Source: an uncultured archaeon
Lineage (GTDB): Archaea; Asgardarchaeota; Lokiarchaeia; Sigyniarchaeales; SOKP01
Assembly (NCBI GenBank): GCA_964486045.1
Contig: CAZALK010000006.1
Coordinates: 171,385-235,384, forward strand
Length of the DNA stretch: 64,000 nucleotides
Direction: 5' to 3'
Shown here: positions 39,232-48,080 of the stretch, one piece after another
How positions within the stretch are numbered: the stretch's first letter is position 1
Layout of the letters: each line of letters starts with the position of its first letter
The notes under the pieces: generated by a model
What the model was told of the DNA's origin: nothing
Seen by the model: the letters and a program-made list of their open reading frames with translations, nothing else
Database searches by the model: none
Program-made: the position numbers and the translations under genes

Positions 39232-42200
39232 ATGGCGCAGTCTAAAAAAAAGTTTCGTTTCTTCTTTATCTTTCTAATTTTTCTATCCCCATTATATTTT
39301 CAGTTAAAGAGTCACAACCTAAATTTCCCCATTTTAAAAGATGATTCTAAATTGAATCATAATGATAGAAAGGAGGTTTTAAGGTCATCTGACATAGCAG
39401 GTTCGGATCTATATGCAGAACAAATTAACGCTTATGTAGCTGGTAATAAATCTATTATAAAGCATTCTCTTTTTACAAATGATACGAATATCTTTCCTCA
39501 ATTTGATTTAAATGATCCAGCTTTTTATAAATGTAACGCTTTAATTAGTGCTTCTAATACGATTAATCCTGGAATTTTTCCAAAACTTTTAACAGAAAGT
39601 AAGATAGGTTCTCAATACGAATTAGGATTCAATAGTTTTATAGGATTCCTTTCTTATGATGAAGAAATGAATATCAATGATGTTCAATTGAGAGCGGAGA
39701 GAGCTCTTGAAATCATAAAGAGAAAATTTGAGATTGATCTCATCATGGTAAATGTATCAAAGATAAATAGTTTCATTTTTATAGGCGATTTCCCAAAATG
39801 GGATTTATTTTTCGATGAAATTACTCGGAATTTACCTATGGATGGTTATTGGAAAGCATTAGATCTCTCACGTATAACTAGCAAAAATTATTATGAAAAA
39901 TTTCATCTATCTTCGACTTTTATGATAATAAATTCTCTAAGCTTTATTGAGGAAGAACCTGATTTCTCAACTGACCAATTAAACTTCAACTTTCAATCTC
40001 TTGATTTGTCTTACTTGGAAAATCTAGAATTGAACCCTCTTATTGATCAATTTGGTACCATTGGGGGTAATTTCGGAGAAATTATTAACGCAACTATTTC
40101 AGAAGAAGAACTGGATCAATTCATTGATGTTCTAAGCTCCTTTTCCTTATCAAATGAATCTAGCTATACGAGCTTAATGATTCAATATGAAGGTTTGAGT
40201 GATGGAATAAAAAAGATTGGAATAAATCAATATGAGTTTGATCTATGGAAATCTTTAGGATATATAGGAACGCCATTAGCACCTAGTGAAAAAATTTATA
40301 TTGCTTTGGTAGGGGCTTTTATGAGTGATATCGAGATAAATATTTTGTGTACTGATATTGTAGACCAAACACCAAGTAATTTTGAATTTTATGATTATCT
40401 TCTTGAACAGATTGATTTATTAATGTACATTGCAGGAATCGAATTTGATATTCAAACACTAAAGGATTATTCATTTGAATTATTTTGGGTTAATGAAGAA
40501 GGATTTAAAAAATCCTACGTTAAACCAGTAAATCTTAACGATCCAAGCGATACTATCAATTTTTTTCAACAATTAGGATTTGACGGGTTCCCCTATATCC
40601 CTACAGGGATTGTAAATCCACCTGATGATTTTTTAATTACATATAATTCCTCTCATTCCGAACCCAATATGATTCTTAAAAAAGAACTAATAGGAGAAAA
40701 TGCATCCTATGGAGCGTATCGTGATTTTACTTACAGAATAACAGCAGAGAATATAGGAAATACGACTGCTTGGGGTATACCTACTTCAATTCCACTGGAA
40801 CTCAATGATTTCTTTTTATTACTTACTTTAGGGAATCAGCCATTAGCAGATGAATTTCAAAATACGATTTGGGATGTTGTAAGAATAGAATATCCGAACC
40901 AATACAATTCATTAGAGAGTTTTTTTAATTTTGATAAAGACCCTTTAATATTCTATTTTGATTCTTTAGGTATTGGAGTCTATGATACATTCTTTCCAAA
41001 TATCTTGAACTTTACTAACTTGTCGCCTTATAATGGAGAAATGGATCACATAATTGATATAATAATTGCGGGATATCCTCAATTAATAACTACTTTGGCT
41101 ATAATAGGTGTAACTACTGATGAACTTAAGGATACATTTACTAATAAGTATAGTGTATGGAATGACGATAACTGGAAGTTAATACCAGGAGAATCTCTTT
41201 CTTATGAGATTGGAAATGTATCAATCGCATATTTAGATTCATTTAAGCCCTTTTATTCAACCAATTTTACAATAAATTCCACCCCTCAGACTCCTGAAGT
41301 GATTTCAGGAACAACGATTAGTGACACACTACCAGAAATGGCATTGTCTATGAATAATGAAAGTTGGATAATTGGATCAGAAGAAATATTTTTAAAACAA
41401 AGAATTGAGGTAGATTTTGTTTTTAGGAATGATACTGCTATAGATTTAGTTAATAACAACATTGAGAGAGTTTCATTGATAATGAATTTTAGTGCGAGAG
41501 AAAACTTGGAATCTTTAGATTTTGAGATTTTTAATTTTAGTAGTGAAGAATTTCTTGATATGACCCCGTATTTAGATTCTATAGAAAACAATACTTGGAC
41601 ATTTTCTTTTATCAATAATAATGAAAGTTTAAATTGGTTATTTTATACCGAAGATAAACCAAATTTTACCACCTTATTTAAGATTAACGGTGTTGACTCT
41701 GAAAGGTTTAATATATCTATAGATGATCTTGATGTGGAATTTTCAACTCGTGAAATTAACATTAATAATGATACTGGATCGAAAGTTCTTTTTGGTTCAC
41801 TTTCAGGCAATGTCGAATTTGAAAGATTTTCTAATTCAATACCATTAAGTACTTATGATATGTCATCAATTATCGCAACTTCATATATTGTAAACTACAG
41901 TTCAAAACCAGGAGCTCTAAATACTTATATTATTGATTTAAAAAATATTGGTTCTAACACTGCTAAAAATGTTAGAATAAATATGCAAATTCCAGGTATC
42001 ATGGAGGATGTTAACGAATTTACACTTGAAAATAGCAATCTGACATATTTTTTACCTAGTTTAGCACCTTCTGAAGAAAAGACCATAAATTTTTCTTTTT
42101 ATTCCCCCAATACAAGATCTATAAGTGATGTCTTAATTACATATGATAATTTAGAAAAAATTCAGGGAGGAAATTCATCTCAATTAAGATCTTTAACAAA

Positions 42201-43158
42201 TCAAGTATATATATCAGCTCCGGTAGATTATATGGAAATATTTCCTTTTATCAGATTTATTAAGTTTGGGTATGATTCAAATACTAATGTTCTACCTACA
42301 ATTGGCTCTGAGTTTAATTTAACAATAAGTTTAAAAAACATGGGACCAAATGGTTTTAGAATTCCAGATTTAAATATTTCTATGAATGATCAAATTGGAG
42401 ATTTAAGAAGGGTAAATAATAATAGTTTAGATTTTGAAGGGATTGATTATGATGAGAAAATTTTCTTTAATATTACACTAAAAAAGACGGATTGGAAAGC
42501 CTACTATTATTCTCCTATAAATTTTATAAACGGCTCGGAAGGCATAACAATCCAAATTTTAAATTCATCTTCAATAATCTTAGGAAAAATCAACTTTTCA
42601 CTAATAAAATCTGTGAATAAAAACCAAATCGAGATTGGTGATGAGATAAATGTCTCTATTGAAATTAAAAATACGGGCACTATTACTGTCAAAGATATAA
42701 TGGTCAATGATTTAATTAGTTATTCTCAATCTCATTTCTCGTTGATTGAGGGTAATTTGGTAATTTTTATAAATAGTCTAAAACCAGGAGAATATGTTTC
42801 TTTAAATTACACTATAAGAGCAAAAAGACAATCTTTTGTAGCGTTAAGACCCGCAAGCATTATATTTTATTATCTGGGAAAAGAGATAGAGCAATCAAAT
42901 ATTCTATACATAAAAATCATTACGCCACAACTAACTCAATTCTTATATGTTTTTATTCCTAGTTTAGCTGTTTTATTTATTTTAGCAGGATTTTTTTGTC
43001 AAAACAATAAGCATAAAACGAGGAGTGGGGAACTGAGAAGAATTGAGAGGCATTTATTTAAGATGAGCTCAAGAGACTCAGTCTTAAAATTCAAATCTAC
43101 TTTAAGAGAAAGATTAAAAATCATTACGAAAGAATCCAAAGTGAATGAGGAAGAATAG
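39232..43158 (+). CDS. large surface protein with signal peptide, Ig-like (CARDB/DUF11/BatD-like) repeats and C-terminal TM anchor
   Basis: Basic-hydrophobic N-terminus. Repeated I...N.G...A motifs (ITAENIGN, IDLKNIGS, ISLKNMGP, IEIKNTGT) with L.PGE/PSE. TM FLYVFIPSLAVLFILAGFF, basic tail and many NxS/T sequons. Confidence 0.75.
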   Translation: MAQSKKKFRFFFIFLIFLSPLYFQLKSHNLNFPILKDDSKLNHNDRKEVLRSSDIAGSDLYAEQINAYVAGNKSIIKHSLFTNDTNIFPQFDLNDPAFYKCNALISASNTINPGIFPKLLTESKIGSQYELGFNSFIGFLSYDEEMNINDVQLRAERALEIIKRKFEIDLIMVNVSKINSFIFIGDFPKWDLFFDEITRNLPMDGYWKALDLSRITSKNYYEKFHLSSTFMIINSLSFIEEEPDFSTDQLNFNFQSLDLSYLENLELNPLIDQFGTIGGNFGEIINATISEEELDQFIDVLSSFSLSNESSYTSLMIQYEGLSDGIKKIGINQYEFDLWKSLGYIGTPLAPSEKIYIALVGAFMSDIEINILCTDIVDQTPSNFEFYDYLLEQIDLLMYIAGIEFDIQTLKDYSFELFWVNEEGFKKSYVKPVNLNDPSDTINFFQQLGFDGFPYIPTGIVNPPDDFLITYNSSHSEPNMILKKELIGENASYGAYRDFTYRITAENIGNTTAWGIPTSIPLELNDFFLLLTLGNQPLADEFQNTIWDVVRIEYPNQYNSLESFFNFDKDPLIFYFDSLGIGVYDTFFPNILNFTNLSPYNGEMDHIIDIIIAGYPQLITTLAIIGVTTDELKDTFTNKYSVWNDDNWKLIPGESLSYEIGNVSIAYLDSFKPFYSTNFTINSTPQTPEVISGTTISDTLPEMALSMNNESWIIGSEEIFLKQRIEVDFVFRNDTAIDLVNNNIERVSLIMNFSARENLESLDFEIFNFSSEEFLDMTPYLDSIENNTWTFSFINNNESLNWLFYTEDKPNFTTLFKINGVDSERFNISIDDLDVEFSTREININNDTGSKVLFGSLSGNVEFERFSNSIPLSTYDMSSIIATSYIVNYSSKPGALNTYIIDLKNIGSNTAKNVRINMQIPGIMEDVNEFTLENSNLTYFLPSLAPSEEKTINFSFYSPNTRSISDVLITYDNLEKIQGGNSSQLRSLTNQVYISAPVDYMEIFPFIRFIKFGYDSNTNVLPTIGSEFNLTISLKNMGPNGFRIPDLNISMNDQIGDLRRVNNNSLDFEGIDYDEKIFFNITLKKTDWKAYYYSPINFINGSEGITIQILNSSSIILGKINFSLIKSVNKNQIEIGDEINVSIEIKNTGTITVKDIMVNDLISYSQSHFSLIEGNLVIFINSLKPGEYVSLNYTIRAKRQSFVALRPASIIFYYLGKEIEQSNILYIKIITPQLTQFLYVFIPSLAVLFILAGFFCQNNKHKTRSGELRRIERHLFKMSSRDSVLKFKSTLRERLKIITKESKVNEEE

Positions 43159-43163
43159 GGGAG

Positions 43164-46100
43164 ATTATAACGTTAAAAAAGAAATTTAAAATATTTTTTA
43201 TATTATTTGTTATACTTTTAATTCAGTTTTGGTATAATTCTTCTTATTTTGATTCATACGGTTCAGCAGTATATGATGCAAACCAGGATATTATTGAAGA
43301 AAAAATTGTATCTTCCAAGATTTTCCAAGAAAATGTAATTGTATTCTTTAATGAATCTTCATACAACAGTTCTGTTATTTTAAGATTCCAATATTACGGG
43401 GGATTGGTCACTAAAGAGTGGAATGATGTGTTTTCTTCATTTTCAGGTTTTACTGGGATTATGGCTTCAGATCAAAATATTACTCTATATCAAAATGATT
43501 TTCCAGACTCTCAAATAGAAAATAATGAACTGCTAAGAATACAAATGAATTATGCTTCAATTCAAACGGGGGCATTCAATTCATCGTGGTTGTTAAATGG
43601 GTATAAAGGAGATACTAATTCTTCAGTGGCGATATTAGATACAGGGATAAATCCAAATCACGACTATTTTCCAAATGGTTATAACTCATCAGATCTAAGT
43701 GGAAATATCGTTGGTTGGGAAAATTTTGTTGACAGTGAACCAATTGATGATGAAAATGGTCATGGAACTTTTATATCATCCATTATCTCTGGGACAGGAA
43801 AAAGTTCAAATGTAACTACAACAGTAAAAATCCACGGAAATTATACCCATTCGGATTTGTTTGAGGAATATACTCCTTCGAAAAACTTTAGTTTTAAAAT
43901 AGCTTCCTTAAATGCATCAAATCCAGCTTCATTTATTTCAATTAATTCAACTTCAAATTGGAAAAGCAATGAAATTGATGCATTTTGGGTTGAATTATTT
44001 TATGACAATTCTTTAGTAGCTTATACCCATAACGAGAATCCTAATGATCATTATAGCATAAATCACCCGTTATCGCAAGAAACCCTTGGAATTTATGACA
44101 TTTATATAAAGTATCATAAAACATTTCAAAGTAACCCTCTATTCTCATATAATTCTACTATCACATACTTCCCTGAATCTTATTCCGGAGACAGTAAAGA
44201 CTTTACAGGAATAGCAAATGCCACAAAATTAGTGGCTTATAAGATATTAAACCAATCTGGGATAGGATATTCATCTGACTTAATCTCAGCATTAGGAAAT
44301 GTCATAAATAATAGAAGTAATTATCATATAGTTAGCACATGTTTAAGTATTGGTACATTGGGAGAAGATGTAGAAGCAGTCAATAAAGCAATAAATGAAG
44401 TCATAGAAAATGGTGTTTTAGTTGTGATTGCTGCGGGGAATAATGGAATTGAGACCTTAGAATCTTTAAATAAATTAGCAAGAAATAAAAATGCGATAGT
44501 TGTTGGTGCGATCAATGATAATGATCAAGTTACGTCATATAGTAGCATTGGTAATAATTTTGGGAACATAATTAAACCAGATATTGTCGCTCCAGGTGGA
44601 AGCAAAGTAGATCAACACAGAACAATCATTTCTGCTGATAAAGAATCAAATTCTCTTACAAGTTACTATGGAACTTCAATTTCAACTGCAATAGTCTCTG
44701 CTGTTATTAATCTTTTAATTGAAGCAAGGTGGAACAATTGGAGCCAATGGAATTCTTTAAACCTTACTAATTGGGTTAGATATATTAAAGCTATTTTATT
44801 AATGACTGCTTCAGAAACTAATCTTGAGAGAGAAGATGACCCCTCTACAATAGAAGATGAAAGTGAATATTCACCGAATGTTTCGATTTCACCTTTAACT
44901 TCTGGTTTAAAAGATATTCATGAAGGATATGGGAGATTAAATATTCAGGGGGCTATAGATGCATTAACGAAGGCAATGGGTGTAAATACATCTATCAGTG
45001 ATAATTTAATTAGTTCCCAAGATAATCCTTTAGCAACTCATGTGTTTGCTCGTAAAATAAAATTACTTGAAGATAATCAATATTTATTTAATTTATCGAT
45101 AACTGATGTAAATGCTGATTTTGATGTGTTCTTATTTTCAAATGTGTCAAATCAATATGGGGAGCCTATTTTACTCGAAGCTTCAAGAAAATTTTATAGT
45201 GATTTAGATTATTTTTACTTTATCCCTAAGGAAAATCAAACGGATTGCATTGTTGTAATTAAAGCAATTGAAGGCAGTAGCTCGTTTACCTTAAATGTTT
45301 CTACGGTCGAAAATAAATTTGAACCCTTGTTATCAGTTCCAGAAATAAGCTATATTGGGAATTCTAGGAATGTAACAGTTATGGGTTTTCAAGAATTTTT
45401 AGGGAATAGTCCATTAAAGAATTATAGTATTGATAGCTTTAGGTTTTATATCGATTACTTTGATAATGATAGCTCAAGTGTTCCCCCTCAAGAAGTGTAT
45501 GTTTCTATTATGGAAATTTCAATAAATTTTACCCTTACTCAGTTTTTTCCCCCAGATGATAATTATGCGGATGGAGCTTTATTTATAAGTGATTATATTC
45601 AATTTTCAGAAGCGGGGACTTTCCAGTATTATTTTGTTGCCAGTGACGGTAAATTTAGTATAAGGTTTCCAGAAGTAGGATCTTTAAATATAACTATTGA
45701 ATTTCCAACGGAAAGCGTTCAATTTCCTTCTCAATACAGTTTTAATAACGGGATCGGTAATTGGACTAAGATTGGAACAGGTTGGGATACATTACATCAA
45801 TTAAATAATATTGATAATAGATCTCGAGTTTACCAAAACTCTTGGGAATCTCTGTATTTTGGTACAAATCATATTTTTCCTCCAAATTACACATATCAAC
45901 CAATAAAAATAACAGAAGATCCTTACCCTAATGGTTCGTTAACAAGTCCATTGTATAACTTAACTCAAATAAATAAAAATATGACTAAGCCATATGCTAG
46001 ATTTGGCTTACGGGTGAGTGTTAACTTTGGTGATTTTGTTTATTTACAGATTAATCTAAATTGGACAGGTTGGCAAACGATTAAAACCTATACAAATGAA

Positions 46101-47990
46101 GAGAGAGATTGGTATATGGAGGAGGTTAATCTTTCTGAATACATCGGATATTTCGTTCAGTTCAAATTTCTAGCGTCTTTAGATGAAAACTTCGACACAG
46201 TAAATTATAAAGGATTCATATTAGATTATTTTGCTATTGAAAACAATACAAACCAGTACGCACCAGATATCAAATTCAATTTAGATCAGGATTTACCAAT
46301 AACTCAAGAATCTCAATTTTATCAATTTGAATTTTCTTGTGAGTATTATGATCTAGATAATAATTATCCACAGTTTACATACCTAGAGATAGGTGACACC
46401 AACTACACAATGTATAATATTTATGGCGATTGGAATGCCAGTTCAGACAATTTGGGAGATTGGGGTATTTTCTTTAAATTATCTTTAATTCTTGAGCATG
46501 TATCAAACCTAACTTTTAGGTTTCATGTCTCTGACGGAAAATTTATTCATACATCTCAATGGTATAATGAAGAAAATACACTAATTCATTTTACTAACCC
46601 TGTTCCTCTAAGTTTCAATATCTTTAAAGATAATAAATACATTGGATATACTTTTTCTAATGAAAATTTAACAAATTATTACGTTACTGGAACACCGACA
46701 CCAAAACAGTCTACAACTTGGCTAAAGGGAGACAACACATGGCATCTTTTTGAACGATTAGGACAAAAACTCATTTATTGTGGAATTGGCCAAAGTTATG
46801 GAGGGATAGGTCAAGGTTATGGGTTAAACTGGGATGCCATGCTGATTACGAAGCCAATACATTTAAAAAGTGAATATAATGTCTTTCTTGAATTTGATTA
46901 TGAAATTTCATTACAGAATGAATTTTTTCAACCAGAAGATCAACTTGATCGAGGTATAATTTCTATATCCAAAGATAATGGTAATTCTTGGATTGTATTA
47001 AAGGAATATACATATGAAACTGAGCCTATTTCTGGTAGAGAAAAGATAGATCTTTCTCAATATGTTGAAGAAGACATAATGATTAAGTTCACTTTACGGT
47101 CTAATAATATTGTATTGGGAATAGGATATGGGTGGTTGATAAATAATATATACATAGGTTATGAAAAAACGACAGATTTTATTTCTCCAGAGATTGAAAT
47201 TTTTAATCCGAAAAATGATACCACTATTAATTCTATTACGGTAATTAAGTGTAATATATCTGATAATGTTGAAATAGACGAATCTAGATTACATATTTTC
47301 TTGAATGGTAAAAGTGTTAACAGTGCAGATATATTATTTAATATGAGCACTGGTATTTTGGAGTTTAATTGGAACACGAATAGATACAATGATGGGATTT
47401 ACGAAGTGAAAATTGCAGCCTATGATAAAACGGGAAATTTCGCCGAAAATATTGTAAGAATTCGAATAAATAATATGAAATGGTGGAGTATTTGGGGTCC
47501 TTATCTTGTTTTAATTATCTCCGCTGTAACTATTGGAATTTTTATCTATATTTACTTGGAAAAAAAAGGAAAAATAAAGATTGAAAGAATTAGAGAAAGC
47601 CGTGCTGTAAAAATTAGGTTGAAAGATATTGATAGAGATCAGGTAATTAAGAAGATTGAGCTTGTTGAGTTAGAAGAAGAATTAAAACGACCTTTAACAC
47701 TATATTGTAAATATTGTAAGTCTTGGTTTTCATCAGAAGAATTTGATATTGTATGCCCAATTTGTGAGCGTGATCAAATATTTCCGACTTATATATGTCA
47801 AAACTGTGAAAAAATCTATTTTAAAGATGAACCTGCTGAAAATTATTATTGCAAAAATAAAAATTGCGAAGGTGTTAGATTAATAAGAAGAAAAAAAGAG
47901 GTTATTCAAGATTTTTTAGCTAAAAAAGGCTTAGTTTTAAGAAAATTTAAAAAAAAAAGGAAGAAATTTAGTATTTTAGATAATGAGTAG
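43164..47990 (+). CDS. membrane-anchored S8 (subtilisin-like) serine protease with C-terminal TM and cytosolic Cys-rich Zn fingers
   Basis: Triad D (VAILDTGI), H (NGHGT), S (YGTSIS), oxyanion AAGN, KPDIVAPG and GYGR.N. The frame is open upstream of TTG 43404 to a stop at 43146, and this extension encodes a signal peptide. The start coordinate is uncertain. Confidence 0.85.
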   Translation: MITLKKKFKIFFILFVILLIQFWYNSSYFDSYGSAVYDANQDIIEEKIVSSKIFQENVIVFFNESSYNSSVILRFQYYGGLVTKEWNDVFSSFSGFTGIMASDQNITLYQNDFPDSQIENNELLRIQMNYASIQTGAFNSSWLLNGYKGDTNSSVAILDTGINPNHDYFPNGYNSSDLSGNIVGWENFVDSEPIDDENGHGTFISSIISGTGKSSNVTTTVKIHGNYTHSDLFEEYTPSKNFSFKIASLNASNPASFISINSTSNWKSNEIDAFWVELFYDNSLVAYTHNENPNDHYSINHPLSQETLGIYDIYIKYHKTFQSNPLFSYNSTITYFPESYSGDSKDFTGIANATKLVAYKILNQSGIGYSSDLISALGNVINNRSNYHIVSTCLSIGTLGEDVEAVNKAINEVIENGVLVVIAAGNNGIETLESLNKLARNKNAIVVGAINDNDQVTSYSSIGNNFGNIIKPDIVAPGGSKVDQHRTIISADKESNSLTSYYGTSISTAIVSAVINLLIEARWNNWSQWNSLNLTNWVRYIKAILLMTASETNLEREDDPSTIEDESEYSPNVSISPLTSGLKDIHEGYGRLNIQGAIDALTKAMGVNTSISDNLISSQDNPLATHVFARKIKLLEDNQYLFNLSITDVNADFDVFLFSNVSNQYGEPILLEASRKFYSDLDYFYFIPKENQTDCIVVIKAIEGSSSFTLNVSTVENKFEPLLSVPEISYIGNSRNVTVMGFQEFLGNSPLKNYSIDSFRFYIDYFDNDSSSVPPQEVYVSIMEISINFTLTQFFPPDDNYADGALFISDYIQFSEAGTFQYYFVASDGKFSIRFPEVGSLNITIEFPTESVQFPSQYSFNNGIGNWTKIGTGWDTLHQLNNIDNRSRVYQNSWESLYFGTNHIFPPNYTYQPIKITEDPYPNGSLTSPLYNLTQINKNMTKPYARFGLRVSVNFGDFVYLQINLNWTGWQTIKTYTNEERDWYMEEVNLSEYIGYFVQFKFLASLDENFDTVNYKGFILDYFAIENNTNQYAPDIKFNLDQDLPITQESQFYQFEFSCEYYDLDNNYPQFTYLEIGDTNYTMYNIYGDWNASSDNLGDWGIFFKLSLILEHVSNLTFRFHVSDGKFIHTSQWYNEENTLIHFTNPVPLSFNIFKDNKYIGYTFSNENLTNYYVTGTPTPKQSTTWLKGDNTWHLFERLGQKLIYCGIGQSYGGIGQGYGLNWDAMLITKPIHLKSEYNVFLEFDYEISLQNEFFQPEDQLDRGIISISKDNGNSWIVLKEYTYETEPISGREKIDLSQYVEEDIMIKFTLRSNNIVLGIGYGWLINNIYIGYEKTTDFISPEIEIFNPKNDTTINSITVIKCNISDNVEIDESRLHIFLNGKSVNSADILFNMSTGILEFNWNTNRYNDGIYEVKIAAYDKTGNFAENIVRIRINNMKWWSIWGPYLVLIISAVTIGIFIYIYLEKKGKIKIERIRESRAVKIRLKDIDRDQVIKKIELVELEEELKRPLTLYCKYCKSWFSSEEFDIVCPICERDQIFPTYICQNCEKIYFKDEPAENYYCKNKNCEGVRLIRRKKEVIQDFLAKKGLVLRKFKKKRKKFSILDNE

Positions 47991-48080
47991 AAAAAAGCAG
48001 ATAACAAAGAAAATAGAACTTGCGGTGGTATTAAGATAGACATAAAAACCAATATATACAGACTTAAAAAACGCATAAAT

